Shown piece after piece: positions 19,229 to 29,300 of a stretch of 64,000 nucleotides of DNA (its first letter is position 1; the number at the start of each line of letters is the position of its first letter). Under the pieces are notes generated by a model that ran no database searches, was not told the origin of the DNA, and saw only the letters and a program-made list of their open reading frames with translations. The DNA is from Alkalispirochaeta sp. (lineage in GTDB: Bacteria; Spirochaetota; Spirochaetia; DSM-27196; Alkalispirochaetaceae). The stretch lies in the NCBI GenBank assembly GCA_965242725.1, contig CBDESZ010000004.1, positions 32,001 through 96,000 on the forward strand, given 5' to 3'. Made by a program: the position numbers and the translations under genes.

Positions 19229-19915
19229 ATGCAAGGTGAGGTCCAAAAACGATCAAATGGGGCATGGGTAGAACCGCTACTCGCACATTTAAAACGGATT
19301 CAACCCAAACATATAGGTGAAAACGGAGCGTTTCGAGGTGACACTCGAGCGTTTGCGGCCTTGCGGGCCTCGGCCCGCGGAAAACGATTCGTTTTACAGG
19401 CATTACCCTATGTAGTGCCGTACCTCGGCGAAACGTACACGGATCCGTCTCCGCGGGTTGTAGAACGTGCAATGGCGCTCGCTCAGTTGTATGCTACTTC
19501 ACCACCCGACGGCACTACAACCTATTCAGACCGTCAAGGGGAATCCCTTCCAGATAGAGGTCAAAGCATCGGTAGAAAACTTGGCCAGGCAAACGTGTTG
19601 GACATGGCGAAATCCGGTGCGACTTCACCCGGAGGAGAAGAAAAACACATCGTCACTCGATGGGAACGGCGTCTACAAGCGTTGGTGCGTCTGGATACGA
19701 AAAGACTGGTACGCGATTTGCGGGGGACGCTCAGCTTCATAGCCAAAGAAACCGGTGGCATGACTTTTGAAGATTATCGGGTTTTGGGATACGACTTGGT
19801 TCGGTGGGACAACCCGGATAAACAGGTGCAAATGCGTTGGGTAACCGACTTCTATGCCAAATCAACCAGTAGAATTGAACATACCAATACCAAAAAGGAG
19901 ACGAACGATGATTAA
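19229..19915 (+). CDS. cse2: Type I-E small subunit Cse2/Cas11 (CasB)
   Basis: Operon position, ERRLQAL, DYRVLGYDLVRW...WVTDFY. Confidence 0.8.
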   Translation: MQGEVQKRSNGAWVEPLLAHLKRIQPKHIGENGAFRGDTRAFAALRASARGKRFVLQALPYVVPYLGETYTDPSPRVVERAMALAQLYATSPPDGTTTYSDRQGESLPDRGQSIGRKLGQANVLDMAKSGATSPGGEEKHIVTRWERRLQALVRLDTKRLVRDLRGTLSFIAKETGGMTFEDYRVLGYDLVRWDNPDKQVQMRWVTDFYAKSTSRIEHTNTKKETNDD

Positions 19916-21041
19916 TGCTAAAAACCTAAGCTTGGAAATCCATGTAATACAGAACTTCACCACCAACAATCTGAACCGTGATGACGTGGGGAATCCCAAA
20001 GAATGCATGTTTGGGCTTGTGCAACGTGCCCGCATAAGCAGTCAGGCATGGAAACGCGTCGTACGCAAACACGATGCATTTACTAACCGTGTCAGGAATG
20101 CCGGAGGCGACTTAGGTGTGAGGACCCGTGGTTTAAAAAAGGCATTGGTTGGGCAGTTGATTGAACGATTTGGGCTCGACCCGGAAAAAGCCGATATATT
20201 GGCGGTCGTAACCATCGAAAAGGTCATCGGTGTGAGTCTAAGCAAGAAACGACCAAACGAAACGGAGTATCTATTGTATCTGGGAGAAAATGACATACCG
20301 GATCTCGCGTCAGCAGTTCATGATGCAGCTGAAGAATTGTTACGAGAAAAAGCGGATCCAAAGTTACTTAAGGGGTTGCGTAAGACGGTGAGCTCCAAGA
20401 ATAAAACCTACGCGGTAGACGTTGCACTTTTTGGACGAATGTTCGCCGATGACAAGTCTTTAAACGTGGACGCCGCGTGCCAGGTTGCACAGAGTATCTC
20501 GTCTCACGAAGTGACCAACGACATCGATTATTTCACCGCAGTGGATGATTTATTGCCGCCGGATGAAACCGGGGCTGGTATGATCGGTCAAACCGCAATG
20601 AACGGCGCGTGCCACTACCGGTATGCAAATATCAACGTGCCATTACTTTACGAGAATCTTGGCTTCAATAGGGATTTGACCTCGGCGACGGTAGCAGGGT
20701 TTGTATCGGCATTCGTCGAAGCGTTACCGAGGGGAAAGCAAAACTCCATGGCAGCCCATAATCCACCGTTTGCTGTAACGGTCGTGCTCCGCGAGGACGG
20801 TCGTCTTTGGAATCTGGCCGGAGCGCTCTCCAAACCGGTTTCACCGAAAGACAAACCAATAGAACTAGCAACCTATGAGGCAATCGATGACTATTGGCAC
20901 AAACTAGTTGCCGCCTACGGGCAACCCGAGGGCCTCCTTAAGGCCGGATTTTCTCTTGATAATCCAACGCAACCACTTCCGGAACTCTTGGATCAACTTG
21001 AGCAGGAAGTCGGTGAACGTATATCCGGTTGGGAGGAGTAG
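19908..21041 (+). CDS. cas7: Type I-E Cas7 (Cse4/CasC)
   Basis: NNLNRDDVGNPK, RISSQAWKR, DVALFGRMFA, DYFTAVDD, GKQNS. Confidence 0.95.
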   Translation: MINAKNLSLEIHVIQNFTTNNLNRDDVGNPKECMFGLVQRARISSQAWKRVVRKHDAFTNRVRNAGGDLGVRTRGLKKALVGQLIERFGLDPEKADILAVVTIEKVIGVSLSKKRPNETEYLLYLGENDIPDLASAVHDAAEELLREKADPKLLKGLRKTVSSKNKTYAVDVALFGRMFADDKSLNVDAACQVAQSISSHEVTNDIDYFTAVDDLLPPDETGAGMIGQTAMNGACHYRYANINVPLLYENLGFNRDLTSATVAGFVSAFVEALPRGKQNSMAAHNPPFAVTVVLREDGRLWNLAGALSKPVSPKDKPIELATYEAIDDYWHKLVAAYGQPEGLLKAGFSLDNPTQPLPELLDQLEQEVGERISGWEE

Positions 21042-21042
21042 C

Positions 21043-21768
21043 ATGTCTTTCCTGTTGCTTCGGTTTGTTGCTCCCATACAATCGTGGGGTAGTCGAAGCC
21101 GATTCGAGTATCGCGACACCGAACGGGAACCGACCTTTTCCGGCGTTGTCGGCTTGGCCTGTGCAGCTATGGGTTTGCCGAGGAGTGCCGATCTAACGCC
21201 ATTTCGTGACCTCCGTATGACGGTTCGTTGCGACAGAGAAGGTATTATATCGCAGGAGTTTCAGACAGCGCAGGATGTTTATACTGCGGATGGAAAAAAT
21301 GGCGGAACACAGATAGTTAGACGGCAGTATCTGAGCGACGCCGAGTTTCACGTAGCTCTCGAGGGCCCGTCCGAGTTTCTATATCATCTTCACGACGCTT
21401 TGCAGCGACCCAGATTTCCTCTGTTTCTCGGGCGAAAATCCTACCTACCTGTAGTGCCGATCGTGTACCCAGGAACAGAGAGCCTAATTGAGACGAGCGA
21501 AACGCCCGTTTTATTTATGACGGAACAACTACCGATTCGAGCTGTCGACGAAGATATTCCATTACATCGCCCCGTTCGGAAAGAAAAAGCCGACATGGAG
21601 GCTGTAGAAACACGTTTCGTCGAAACCGCTGATGAAGCAACCGGTGAAACAAGATTAGATATTCCAATGAGTTTTGACATTTATCGAAGAAACTTCGCAC
21701 CGCGAAATGTTAGGACCAGTGTGAGAAATTGTTGGACAGTCCACAATGGAGGCTCAAAATGGGTGTGA
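21043..21768 (+). CDS. cas5: Type I-E Cas5 (CasD)
   Basis: APIQSWG, PTFSGVVGL, YLSDAEF, LFLGRKS. Confidence 0.93.
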   Translation: MSFLLLRFVAPIQSWGSRSRFEYRDTEREPTFSGVVGLACAAMGLPRSADLTPFRDLRMTVRCDREGIISQEFQTAQDVYTADGKNGGTQIVRRQYLSDAEFHVALEGPSEFLYHLHDALQRPRFPLFLGRKSYLPVVPIVYPGTESLIETSETPVLFMTEQLPIRAVDEDIPLHRPVRKEKADMEAVETRFVETADEATGETRLDIPMSFDIYRRNFAPRNVRTSVRNCWTVHNGGSKWV

Positions 21769-22424
21769 GTACTTCTGTGGTATTATCTCTAGGATTTACG
21801 CGAATTTGGCTCCGTGCTGAACACCCAAGGGTCCTTCAACTCATAGCGAGCCATTACGAAATGCATCAGTTTGTATATGGTCTAATGAGTCCAAGTCCCG
21901 GAAAAGACAGAATTCTGTACAGAACCGAGGTCCTACCGGATGGTTTAGGGGTGCCGATACCTTCGATATTGATCCAGCACAGCCCTAAGTTGATTCCGAG
22001 TTTGGACGCCAGCGGGCGACGGTTCTCCGAAATTGAGTCTAAGGTTGCTGATTTGGCGATCCGATCTGGAACGTTTCGGTTTAGACTGCGTGCCAATCCG
22101 GTAAAATCGGTCCCGTCGAACAATAGAGGTGTACGTGGAAAACGCCGTGGGCTTTCGAATGACGACGAACGAAAGTCATGGCTAATAAGTCGCTTTGCCA
22201 AAAACGGCTTAGAAGTATTGTCTATGGATTTCGTACCGGAACCATTTGTGGAATTTGAGAGGAAAGGTTCACGTACCACGAGAAAGATCGCCATATCTGG
22301 TGTCTTGTACAATGGAATTGTCCGAGTTCGAAACCCGAAAGACGCAGCGGTGGTGGTGGAGAACGGGATCGGTCGAGCCCGAGGGTTCGGCTACGGTTTG
22401 TTGTCACTCGCGCCTTTCAGATAA
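21759..22424 (+). CDS. cas6e: Type I-E Cas6e (CasE)
   Basis: FRFRLRANP, GIGRARGFGYGLL. Confidence 0.93.
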   Translation: MGVSTSVVLSLGFTRIWLRAEHPRVLQLIASHYEMHQFVYGLMSPSPGKDRILYRTEVLPDGLGVPIPSILIQHSPKLIPSLDASGRRFSEIESKVADLAIRSGTFRFRLRANPVKSVPSNNRGVRGKRRGLSNDDERKSWLISRFAKNGLEVLSMDFVPEPFVEFERKGSRTTRKIAISGVLYNGIVRVRNPKDAAVVVENGIGRARGFGYGLLSLAPFR

Positions 22425-22429
22425 CGACA

Positions 22430-23359
22430 ATGGTCAATAAAACGATCGGTTTACCGCCAGCCAAGGCGATCATGCTAAAGGATCGCTCATCTATCGTATT
22501 CCTTCAGTACGGACGGGTTGACGTCGAAAACGGTGCATTCGTTTTGGCGGATCGTCTTGGAGTTCGCACACAAGTTCCCGTTGGAAGCCTCACATGTGTG
22601 ATGCTAGAGACAGGCACCACTGTCACCCATGAGGCGGTCAAGCTTGCCGCCCGTGTGGGGTGTCTGTTGCTTTGGGTTGGTGATGGCGGGGTACGCATGT
22701 ACTCTGCCGGACAGCCAGGCGGGACGCGGGCAGATAAACTGCTTTATCAAGCAAAATGCGCGTTGGACGATCGTGCTCGATTGGCGATTGTGCGAGAAAT
22801 GTACCGTCTCCGGTTCAAGGAGCGTGCGCCAAAAAAGAGAAGCATAGATCAATTGCGTGGAATTGAAGGCAGTCGTGTTCGTCAATTGTACAAATCGTTT
22901 GCACAACAGTATGGTGTTAAATGGAAACAGCGTAACTACAATCCCCGCGAATGGTCGAAGGCAGACCCAATGAACAAGGCCTTGAGTGCAGCTACGTCCA
23001 GTCTATACGGACTTTCTGAGGCCGCGATATTGGCAGCGGGATACTCACCAGCCATCGGGTTTATCCATACAGGAAAACCAAGAAGCTTTGTGTTCGACAT
23101 CGCGGATATTTTCAAGTTTGATACTGTGATACCCGCAGCATTCAAGGAAATGGCGAAAGGACCGGCGAGTATCGAACAACGTGTTCGTATCGCTTGTAGA
23201 GAATCTTTTCGTCAGGGACGCTTACTGAAACGTATTGTACCAACGATCGAAGCCGTTCTGTCTGCCGGTGGGTTGGAGCGTCCTGAAAAACCTCCTGAAA
23301 GTGTAGATCCCGCATTCTTGGATCCAGAAGGTATAGGCGATGATGGTCATCGTTACTGA
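22430..23359 (+). CDS. cas1: Type I-E Cas1
   Basis: GTTVTHEAV, QLRGIEGSRVR, GYSPAIGFIHTG, FVFDIAD. Confidence 0.95.
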   Translation: MVNKTIGLPPAKAIMLKDRSSIVFLQYGRVDVENGAFVLADRLGVRTQVPVGSLTCVMLETGTTVTHEAVKLAARVGCLLLWVGDGGVRMYSAGQPGGTRADKLLYQAKCALDDRARLAIVREMYRLRFKERAPKKRSIDQLRGIEGSRVRQLYKSFAQQYGVKWKQRNYNPREWSKADPMNKALSAATSSLYGLSEAAILAAGYSPAIGFIHTGKPRSFVFDIADIFKFDTVIPAAFKEMAKGPASIEQRVRIACRESFRQGRLLKRIVPTIEAVLSAGGLERPEKPPESVDPAFLDPEGIGDDGHRY

Positions 23360-23642
23360 AAACTTGCCCCACCGCGTTCGCGGACGCCTCGCCGTATACA
23401 TGTTGGAAGTGCGAGCAGGGGTGTTTGTGGCAAACCACGGACGGCGTATTCGTGAAATGCTGTGGAAGTGGGTTATGGAAGACACTGGTGAAGGCAATGC
23501 GGTACTGGTATGGAACACCAACACCGAAAGTGGCTTCGATTTCGAAACGGTTGGAATCAATAGACGCATTCCGGCCGATCTTGACGGTCTTAAACTGGTA
23601 GCCTTTCGACCCCAAACCGACCAGTCCGAACAACTCGAGTAG
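23340..23642 (+). CDS. cas2: Type I-E Cas2
   Basis: RGRLAVYMLEVRAGVFV, NTESGFDF, DLDGLKLV. Confidence 0.93.
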   Translation: MMVIVTENLPHRVRGRLAVYMLEVRAGVFVANHGRRIREMLWKWVMEDTGEGNAVLVWNTNTESGFDFETVGINRRIPADLDGLKLVAFRPQTDQSEQLE

Positions 23643-23773
23643 TCCGAAATGAAATCTGAAACACAAGCCGTGCGACGGTCTTTGACACCGTTACCAATAT
23701 GCGCGCAAAATGGTAGCGGAACTATGTTCTTGTAAAACTTTATACCGGAATGATATACATTTAGTCCGTTCCC
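23643..23773 (+). promoter_or_regulatory. CRISPR leader plus 5' stub of first repeat
   Basis: AT-rich leader ending ...CATTTAGT followed by CCGTTCCC (23766-23773). Confidence 0.8.
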
Positions 23774-23947
23774 TGTCGCGGGCCAGGCATAATCCCCATA
23801 AATTTGGCGTTGGGGCCATGGATATTCCCCACCCGCCGAGCCCCACGGGGCCATTTATATTCCCCAGTTTTTCCGCAATAGGGCCATCCATATTCCCCAC
23901 CTGATGGGGTGATACCGGTACCCTGATGCGCAGGAGGACTGTGGGTC

Positions 23948-25561
23948 ATGGGATACCGTATGCTGAAGATTGATCACCTCTATGAGGTATACCGTCGCGC
24001 CATCGCCGGAGAAAGCAAAAGCGCGATCGCCATACACACTGGATGGGATCGCAAGACGATCGGGAAATACATCAGGATTCTCTCGGAGCGGTCACTACTG
24101 CCGGCAGAATTGGCAGTCAGCCGGGATGCGTTTCAGAGACGGGCAGGAGATCTTGCCGATCAGCCGCGTGAGAAGTCTACACCGGCGAGGGATCAGCTTA
24201 TTGATCATCTTGATGAACTGCGCGAACTGATCGCTCCGTCCAAAGATGAGAACGGGAAAATCGAAAAACCGATGCGCCCGAAATCGGCATATCGGGTGAT
24301 CCTCCGGCGCCATAACCTCTCCATCGGATACTCGTCGTTCAAACGGTTCGCCCGGGAACACGGTTTAATGGAGGTTGCAAAGAAGACGTATATCCGTATT
24401 GAGTTACCGCCGGGTCGGGAGGTCCAACTTGATTACGGCACCATGGGGCTTCTGGCCGTGGATGGGCGGAATCGCACGATCTACGCCTTCTGTGCAATTC
24501 TTGCTCACTCTCGCAAGCCCTTTGTCCAATTGGTCACCAGCCAGAGCGAACAGAGCTTTGCGGAGAGCGTGGTTGAGATATTCCATTTCTACGGCGGTGT
24601 CACCGAGTTTCTCACGGTGGATAACCTGAAGGCTGCGGTGATTAAACCGGACCTCTGGGACCCGCAGCTGAACCGGTCTCTGGCAGAAGTGGCTGAGTAT
24701 TACGGAACCTTTGTGAATACCGCTCGGGTAGTGACGGCAACAGATAAAGGGAAGGTCGAGCGGATTATTCCGGTTGTCAGGGAAGCGTATCGTGTCATCA
24801 GAGCAGTCCATCCCACCGCGACCCTCACGGAAATGAACCGCTACATGCTTCAATGGTGTGTCGACGAATACGGTACGGAACCGCATGGAACGACTCGTAT
24901 TCCACCTGAGGAAGCGTTTGTGGCCGAGCAAAATGCACTCAAACCGCTCCCGGAATCGCGATTCGAGCCGGCTTCCTGGGCCTATCCGAAAGTTCACAAG
25001 GGTGATGGCTTTCTGAGCTACCACAAGATGCGCTTTGCCGTTCCGGCGAAATACCGGGGAAAACAGGTGGCGGTACGCGCTACCAGGCGCCTGATCGAGA
25101 TTTTTCATGGCCCGGAGCGTATCCGCATCTATCCATATGAGCCGGGAACGCGGGTGTATTACTTCACCAGCGACTTTCCGGCGGAAAAACAGGCGATGAT
25201 GGACGGGTCCTATCCACAACACCTTCTCCAGCGCGCGAATTCGTACGGGAGTGCAGCCCGGGATCTGATTTCCGCAATCCTGGCGCCTCACGCGTATCTC
25301 AACGCCCGTCAGGCTCAGGGACTACTCCGTGTTATGGATGAATTCCGCGAACATCCGGACTTTGATACTCACTGCCTCACCGCACTGCGCCGCCGGATCG
25401 TCGTTCCCAAAACGTTCAAAGCATTGTTTGAACTAGACAGGACCGCCGGCAGGCGAGGAACACTCTCTACCACGCCCGCTGTCGATATGACGATGGCACG
25501 GGATATCACCTATTTCTTTGACCTTCAGGAGGAACTCGATGCAGCAGGCTCACGAAATTGA
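23948..25561 (+). CDS. istA: IS21 DDE transposase
   Basis: VQLDYG, DNLKAAV, DKGKVER, HGTT. Confidence 0.92.
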   Translation: MGYRMLKIDHLYEVYRRAIAGESKSAIAIHTGWDRKTIGKYIRILSERSLLPAELAVSRDAFQRRAGDLADQPREKSTPARDQLIDHLDELRELIAPSKDENGKIEKPMRPKSAYRVILRRHNLSIGYSSFKRFAREHGLMEVAKKTYIRIELPPGREVQLDYGTMGLLAVDGRNRTIYAFCAILAHSRKPFVQLVTSQSEQSFAESVVEIFHFYGGVTEFLTVDNLKAAVIKPDLWDPQLNRSLAEVAEYYGTFVNTARVVTATDKGKVERIIPVVREAYRVIRAVHPTATLTEMNRYMLQWCVDEYGTEPHGTTRIPPEEAFVAEQNALKPLPESRFEPASWAYPKVHKGDGFLSYHKMRFAVPAKYRGKQVAVRATRRLIEIFHGPERIRIYPYEPGTRVYYFTSDFPAEKQAMMDGSYPQHLLQRANSYGSAARDLISAILAPHAYLNARQAQGLLRVMDEFREHPDFDTHCLTALRRRIVVPKTFKALFELDRTAGRRGTLSTTPAVDMTMARDITYFFDLQEELDAAGSRN

Positions 25562-26309
25562 ACACGAACTTAAACGACTACGCATGCCCGGAGCGTACCA
25601 GCAGCTTGATCACCGGTTGATTGAGGCTCAAGAGCAGAGCCTCGGTTATCTCGAGTTCCTCGCTCTGGTTCTCCACGACGAACTGGCAAACCGGGAGGCG
25701 AACAACTTCACCAAACGGTTGAGTCAGGCATCCCTGGGAACCCGGGAAACCTTCGATCGCTTCGATTTCCGTTTCAATGATGAAGTCTTTCCGGCGGCAA
25801 CGATCCGCGACCTGGCATCATGCCGGTTTATCCAGCAGCACACCAACCTCGTTATTGCCGGTCCTCCCGGAATCGGGAAGACGTTCATTGTGAAAGCGAT
25901 CGGCCACGAGGCATGCCGCCAGGGATTCACCGTGCTGTTCCGCAGCACTCAGCGGCTGCTTTCCAGCCTCCTTACCGCTTCACCTGATCGGCAACGACGG
26001 ATGCTCAAGAAAGCGTGTTCCGTGGATGTCCTCATCCTCGATGATTTCGCCTTCCGCTCTCTTGATCAGCATGAGGCGGAGATGCTGTACATCATCGCCG
26101 AAGAACGGAACGGTATCTCCTCGACCATTCTCACTTCCAACAGACCGCCGCAGGACTGGTACAGCATCTTTCCCGATCCCATCGTTGGTGGTGCTATTCT
26201 CGACCGCATGGTCTCGGGAGCGATTAAACTCATTACTTCGAAAGGGCGCTCGTACCGGAAGGAAGTACACGGCTCCCACACCTCAAAATCAGCTCCGCCA
26301 AAATCGTGA
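25539..26309 (+). CDS. istB: IS21 AAA+ helper ATPase
   Basis: GPPGIGKT, LILDDF, TSNRP, AILDR, GRSYR. Confidence 0.93.
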   Translation: MQQAHEIEHELKRLRMPGAYQQLDHRLIEAQEQSLGYLEFLALVLHDELANREANNFTKRLSQASLGTRETFDRFDFRFNDEVFPAATIRDLASCRFIQQHTNLVIAGPPGIGKTFIVKAIGHEACRQGFTVLFRSTQRLLSSLLTASPDRQRRMLKKACSVDVLILDDFAFRSLDQHEAEMLYIIAEERNGISSTILTSNRPPQDWYSIFPDPIVGGAILDRMVSGAIKLITSKGRSYRKEVHGSHTSKSAPPKS

Positions 26310-26384
26310 CACCCCCCCGGATACCCTTATTTTCACTGGGGAATATGGATGGCCCTGGGGTGGGGAATTACGCGGCCCTTGACA

Positions 26385-29300
26385 TTCCCCGCAGACGCGG
26401 GGATGAACCGGTATTTAACACTCTTCGTTCCGATGTACGGTCCCGTTCCCCGCAGACGCGGGGATGAACCGGCATTCCATCGCGTCGATCATCGTAGGAG
26501 CAGCCGTTCCCCGCAGACGCGGGGATGAACCGACCACCCTCCGGCGCATTTCCTTTGAAACCGGCCGTTCCCCGCAGACGCGGGGATGAACCGCGATCGC
26601 AAGCCCGCGGAAAGCCGTAGACGTACCGTTCCCCGCAGACGCGGGGATGAACCGCCGCTCGCAACTCCGGTTGCTCTAACATCAATCCGTTCCCCGCAGA
26701 CGCGGGGATGAACCGACCGGATCCTCTTTGGCAACGCCACCGGTACCCCGTTCCCCGCAGACGCGGGGATGAACCGCACCGTTACAACAGGACCAATTGC
26801 CGCAACAACCGTTCCCCGCAGACGCGGGGATGAACCGATATTTTAGCGGGGCGTGGGTAATGTGGCGGCCCGTTCCCCGCAGACGCGGGGATGAACCGCG
26901 CACACCTTCACTCCACCGACACTCGACCCGCCGTTCCCCGCAGACGCGGGGATGAACCGCCGATCGTTGCTACCGTGTGGTTTGATCGTCACCGTTCCCC
27001 GCAGACGCGGGGATGAACCGCTAAATCTGGAGCCGGACAGCCCACAGAAGGGCCGTTCCCCGCAGACGCGGGGATGAACCGGGCATGTAGAAAGCGAGTT
27101 TGTCTTGCGGCGGCCGTTCCCCGCAGACGCGGGGATGAACCGGAGTCATCGATGAGTGACGCAATAAAAGCGGCCCGTTCCCCGCAGACGCGGGGATGAA
27201 CCGACCTCAACGCTCACCTCGTCGTGGTCACCATCCCGTTCCCCGCAGACGCGGGGATGAACCGTGGTCTCGAAGCAGTTCGACAATGGAAACGTACCGT
27301 TCCCCGCAGACGCGGGGATGAACCGATAACCGCCGAGAACGCCGGGGAAGTATGGGCCCGTTCCCCGCAGACGCGGGGATGAACCGCCTTGGAGCGAGCC
27401 GGGTGCGTAACGGACATACCGTTCCCCGCAGACGCGGGGATGAACCGACCAGGCAACGGGAGTTCCTTCGGTCCCTTCCCCGTTCCCCGCAGACGCGGGG
27501 ATGAACCGGTGGCGTTATCCGCCGAGTACTTCGCGTACCCCCGTTCCCCGCAGACGCGGGGATGAACCGAAAATCTCTGAAGTCACGCAGTATTACGATC
27601 CCCGTTCCCCGCAGACGCGGGGATGAACCGTCTATGCGCGGCAATCCATCCGCCATCACCCACCGTTCCCCGCAGACGCGGGGATGAACCGGTATCGGTT
27701 TCGCCGGTCTTCGCCTCGACGAGCCGTTCCCCGCAGACGCGGGGATGAACCGATGCTCCACGAATCTGGAGTCGATATGGGCGTCCGTTCCCCGCAGACG
27801 CGGGGATGAACCGCGATCCTTGGTTGTAACCGTCGCCATCGGGACCCGTTCCCCGCAGACGCGGGGATGAACCGATTTCTCATCCCGGTTTTCATGCCAT
27901 GCACCTCCGTTCCCCGCAGACGCGGGGATGAACCGACCCGGAAGGGCGGTTTACGCCGAGCGGGAAGCCGTTCCCCGCAGACGCGGGGATGAACCGTTTA
28001 CTCTTTGTCTTCGTCGCTTTTTGAAACACCGTTCCCCGCAGACGCGGGGATGAACCGGACGCGGAAAGCACGCGGATCGTCCATCAGACCCGTTCCCCGC
28101 AGACGCGGGGATGAACCGAACTCGACGGTCTATACACCAAGGCAGAAGACCCGTTCCCCGCAGACGCGGGGATGAACCGACGGTCAAAACGATACGCCGA
28201 TACCGAGGTAACCGTTCCCCGCAGACGCGGGGATGAACCGCTCACCGGTATCCTCGACCACCACGCCGTCAACCGTTCCCCGCAGACGCGGGGATGAACC
28301 GGTACTTCTGGAGCTCGCTTCGTTTGATGATAACCGTTCCCCGCAGACGCGGGGATGAACCGATCAGCCGGTTACCGCACCACCGACCGGGGTGCCGTTC
28401 CCCGCAGACGCGGGGATGAACCGTGGCGCGGCCAGGATGTGAGCTGGCTGGAGAACCGTTCCCCGCAGACGCGGGGATGAACCGAAACTGAAGGACTCGG
28501 AGAATCGTCCGCTGTGCCGTTCCCCGCAGACGCGGGGATGAACCGGGTGTTCTCAAGGATCGCTTCAAAGGCGGGGACCGTTCCCCGCAGACGCGGGGAT
28601 GAACCGGTCAGCGGCGATTACCTCTGGAGCCATATGCTCCGTTCCCCGCAGACGCGGGGATGAACCGGCATGCGACGCTTTCTCATTGGCCTGGCAGCCC
28701 CGTTCCCCGCAGACGCGGGGATGAACCGGTTGATCGAGTATGGAACATATCAGACGACAACCGTTCCCCGCAGACGCGGGGATGAACCGCTCAGTAGCAC
28801 GCATGCGAGTAGCGTTGTCACCCGTTCCCCGCAGACGCGGGGATGAACCGTCGCGAAGCAACCGCCGGAAACCGTAGTAGCTCCGTTCCCCGCAGACGCG
28901 GGGATGAACCGGCAAATTTCGGGTACACGAAAAAGTGTCTTATCCGTTCCCCGCAGACGCGGGGATGAACCGTCGTTGGTATCGAGAATCTTGAGCTGGA
29001 GATCCCGTTCCCCGCAGACGCGGGGATGAACCGATTGAGACCGATCTGATCGACGCTGATGCCGTCCGTTCCCCGCAGACGCGGGGATGAACCGTCGAGC
29101 GGGACATCACCGAGTACGACGGCGTTCCGTTCCCCGCAGACGCGGGGATGAACCGGCCTTGGTGCCGATCATTCACGTCACGCGCAACCGTTCCCCGCAG
29201 ACGCGGGGATGAACCGTTTTGGCAGTGTTTTCTGATACGTATGTGGGGCCGTTCCCCGCAGACGCGGGGATGAACCGAGCGTCACGTTCGGACGGAATTG

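Larger units (their letters stand above)
23774..26384 (+). mobile_element. IS21-family insertion sequence
   Basis: TGTC...GACA ends, repeated GGGCCA-N3-ATATTCCCCA binding motifs near both ends, 5-bp TTCCC target duplication (23769-23773, 26385-26389), istA-istB. Confidence 0.95.

Noticed and set aside
23805..23905. Short repeats after the leader as a separate CRISPR
   Set aside because: They match the IS right end in inverted orientation: IstA-binding repeats.
23774..26384. CRISPR-associated transposon / Cas-guided IS21
   Set aside because: Element has only istAB, its duplication shows simple insertion into a repeat, there is no tniQ, and the cas genes lie outside its ends.
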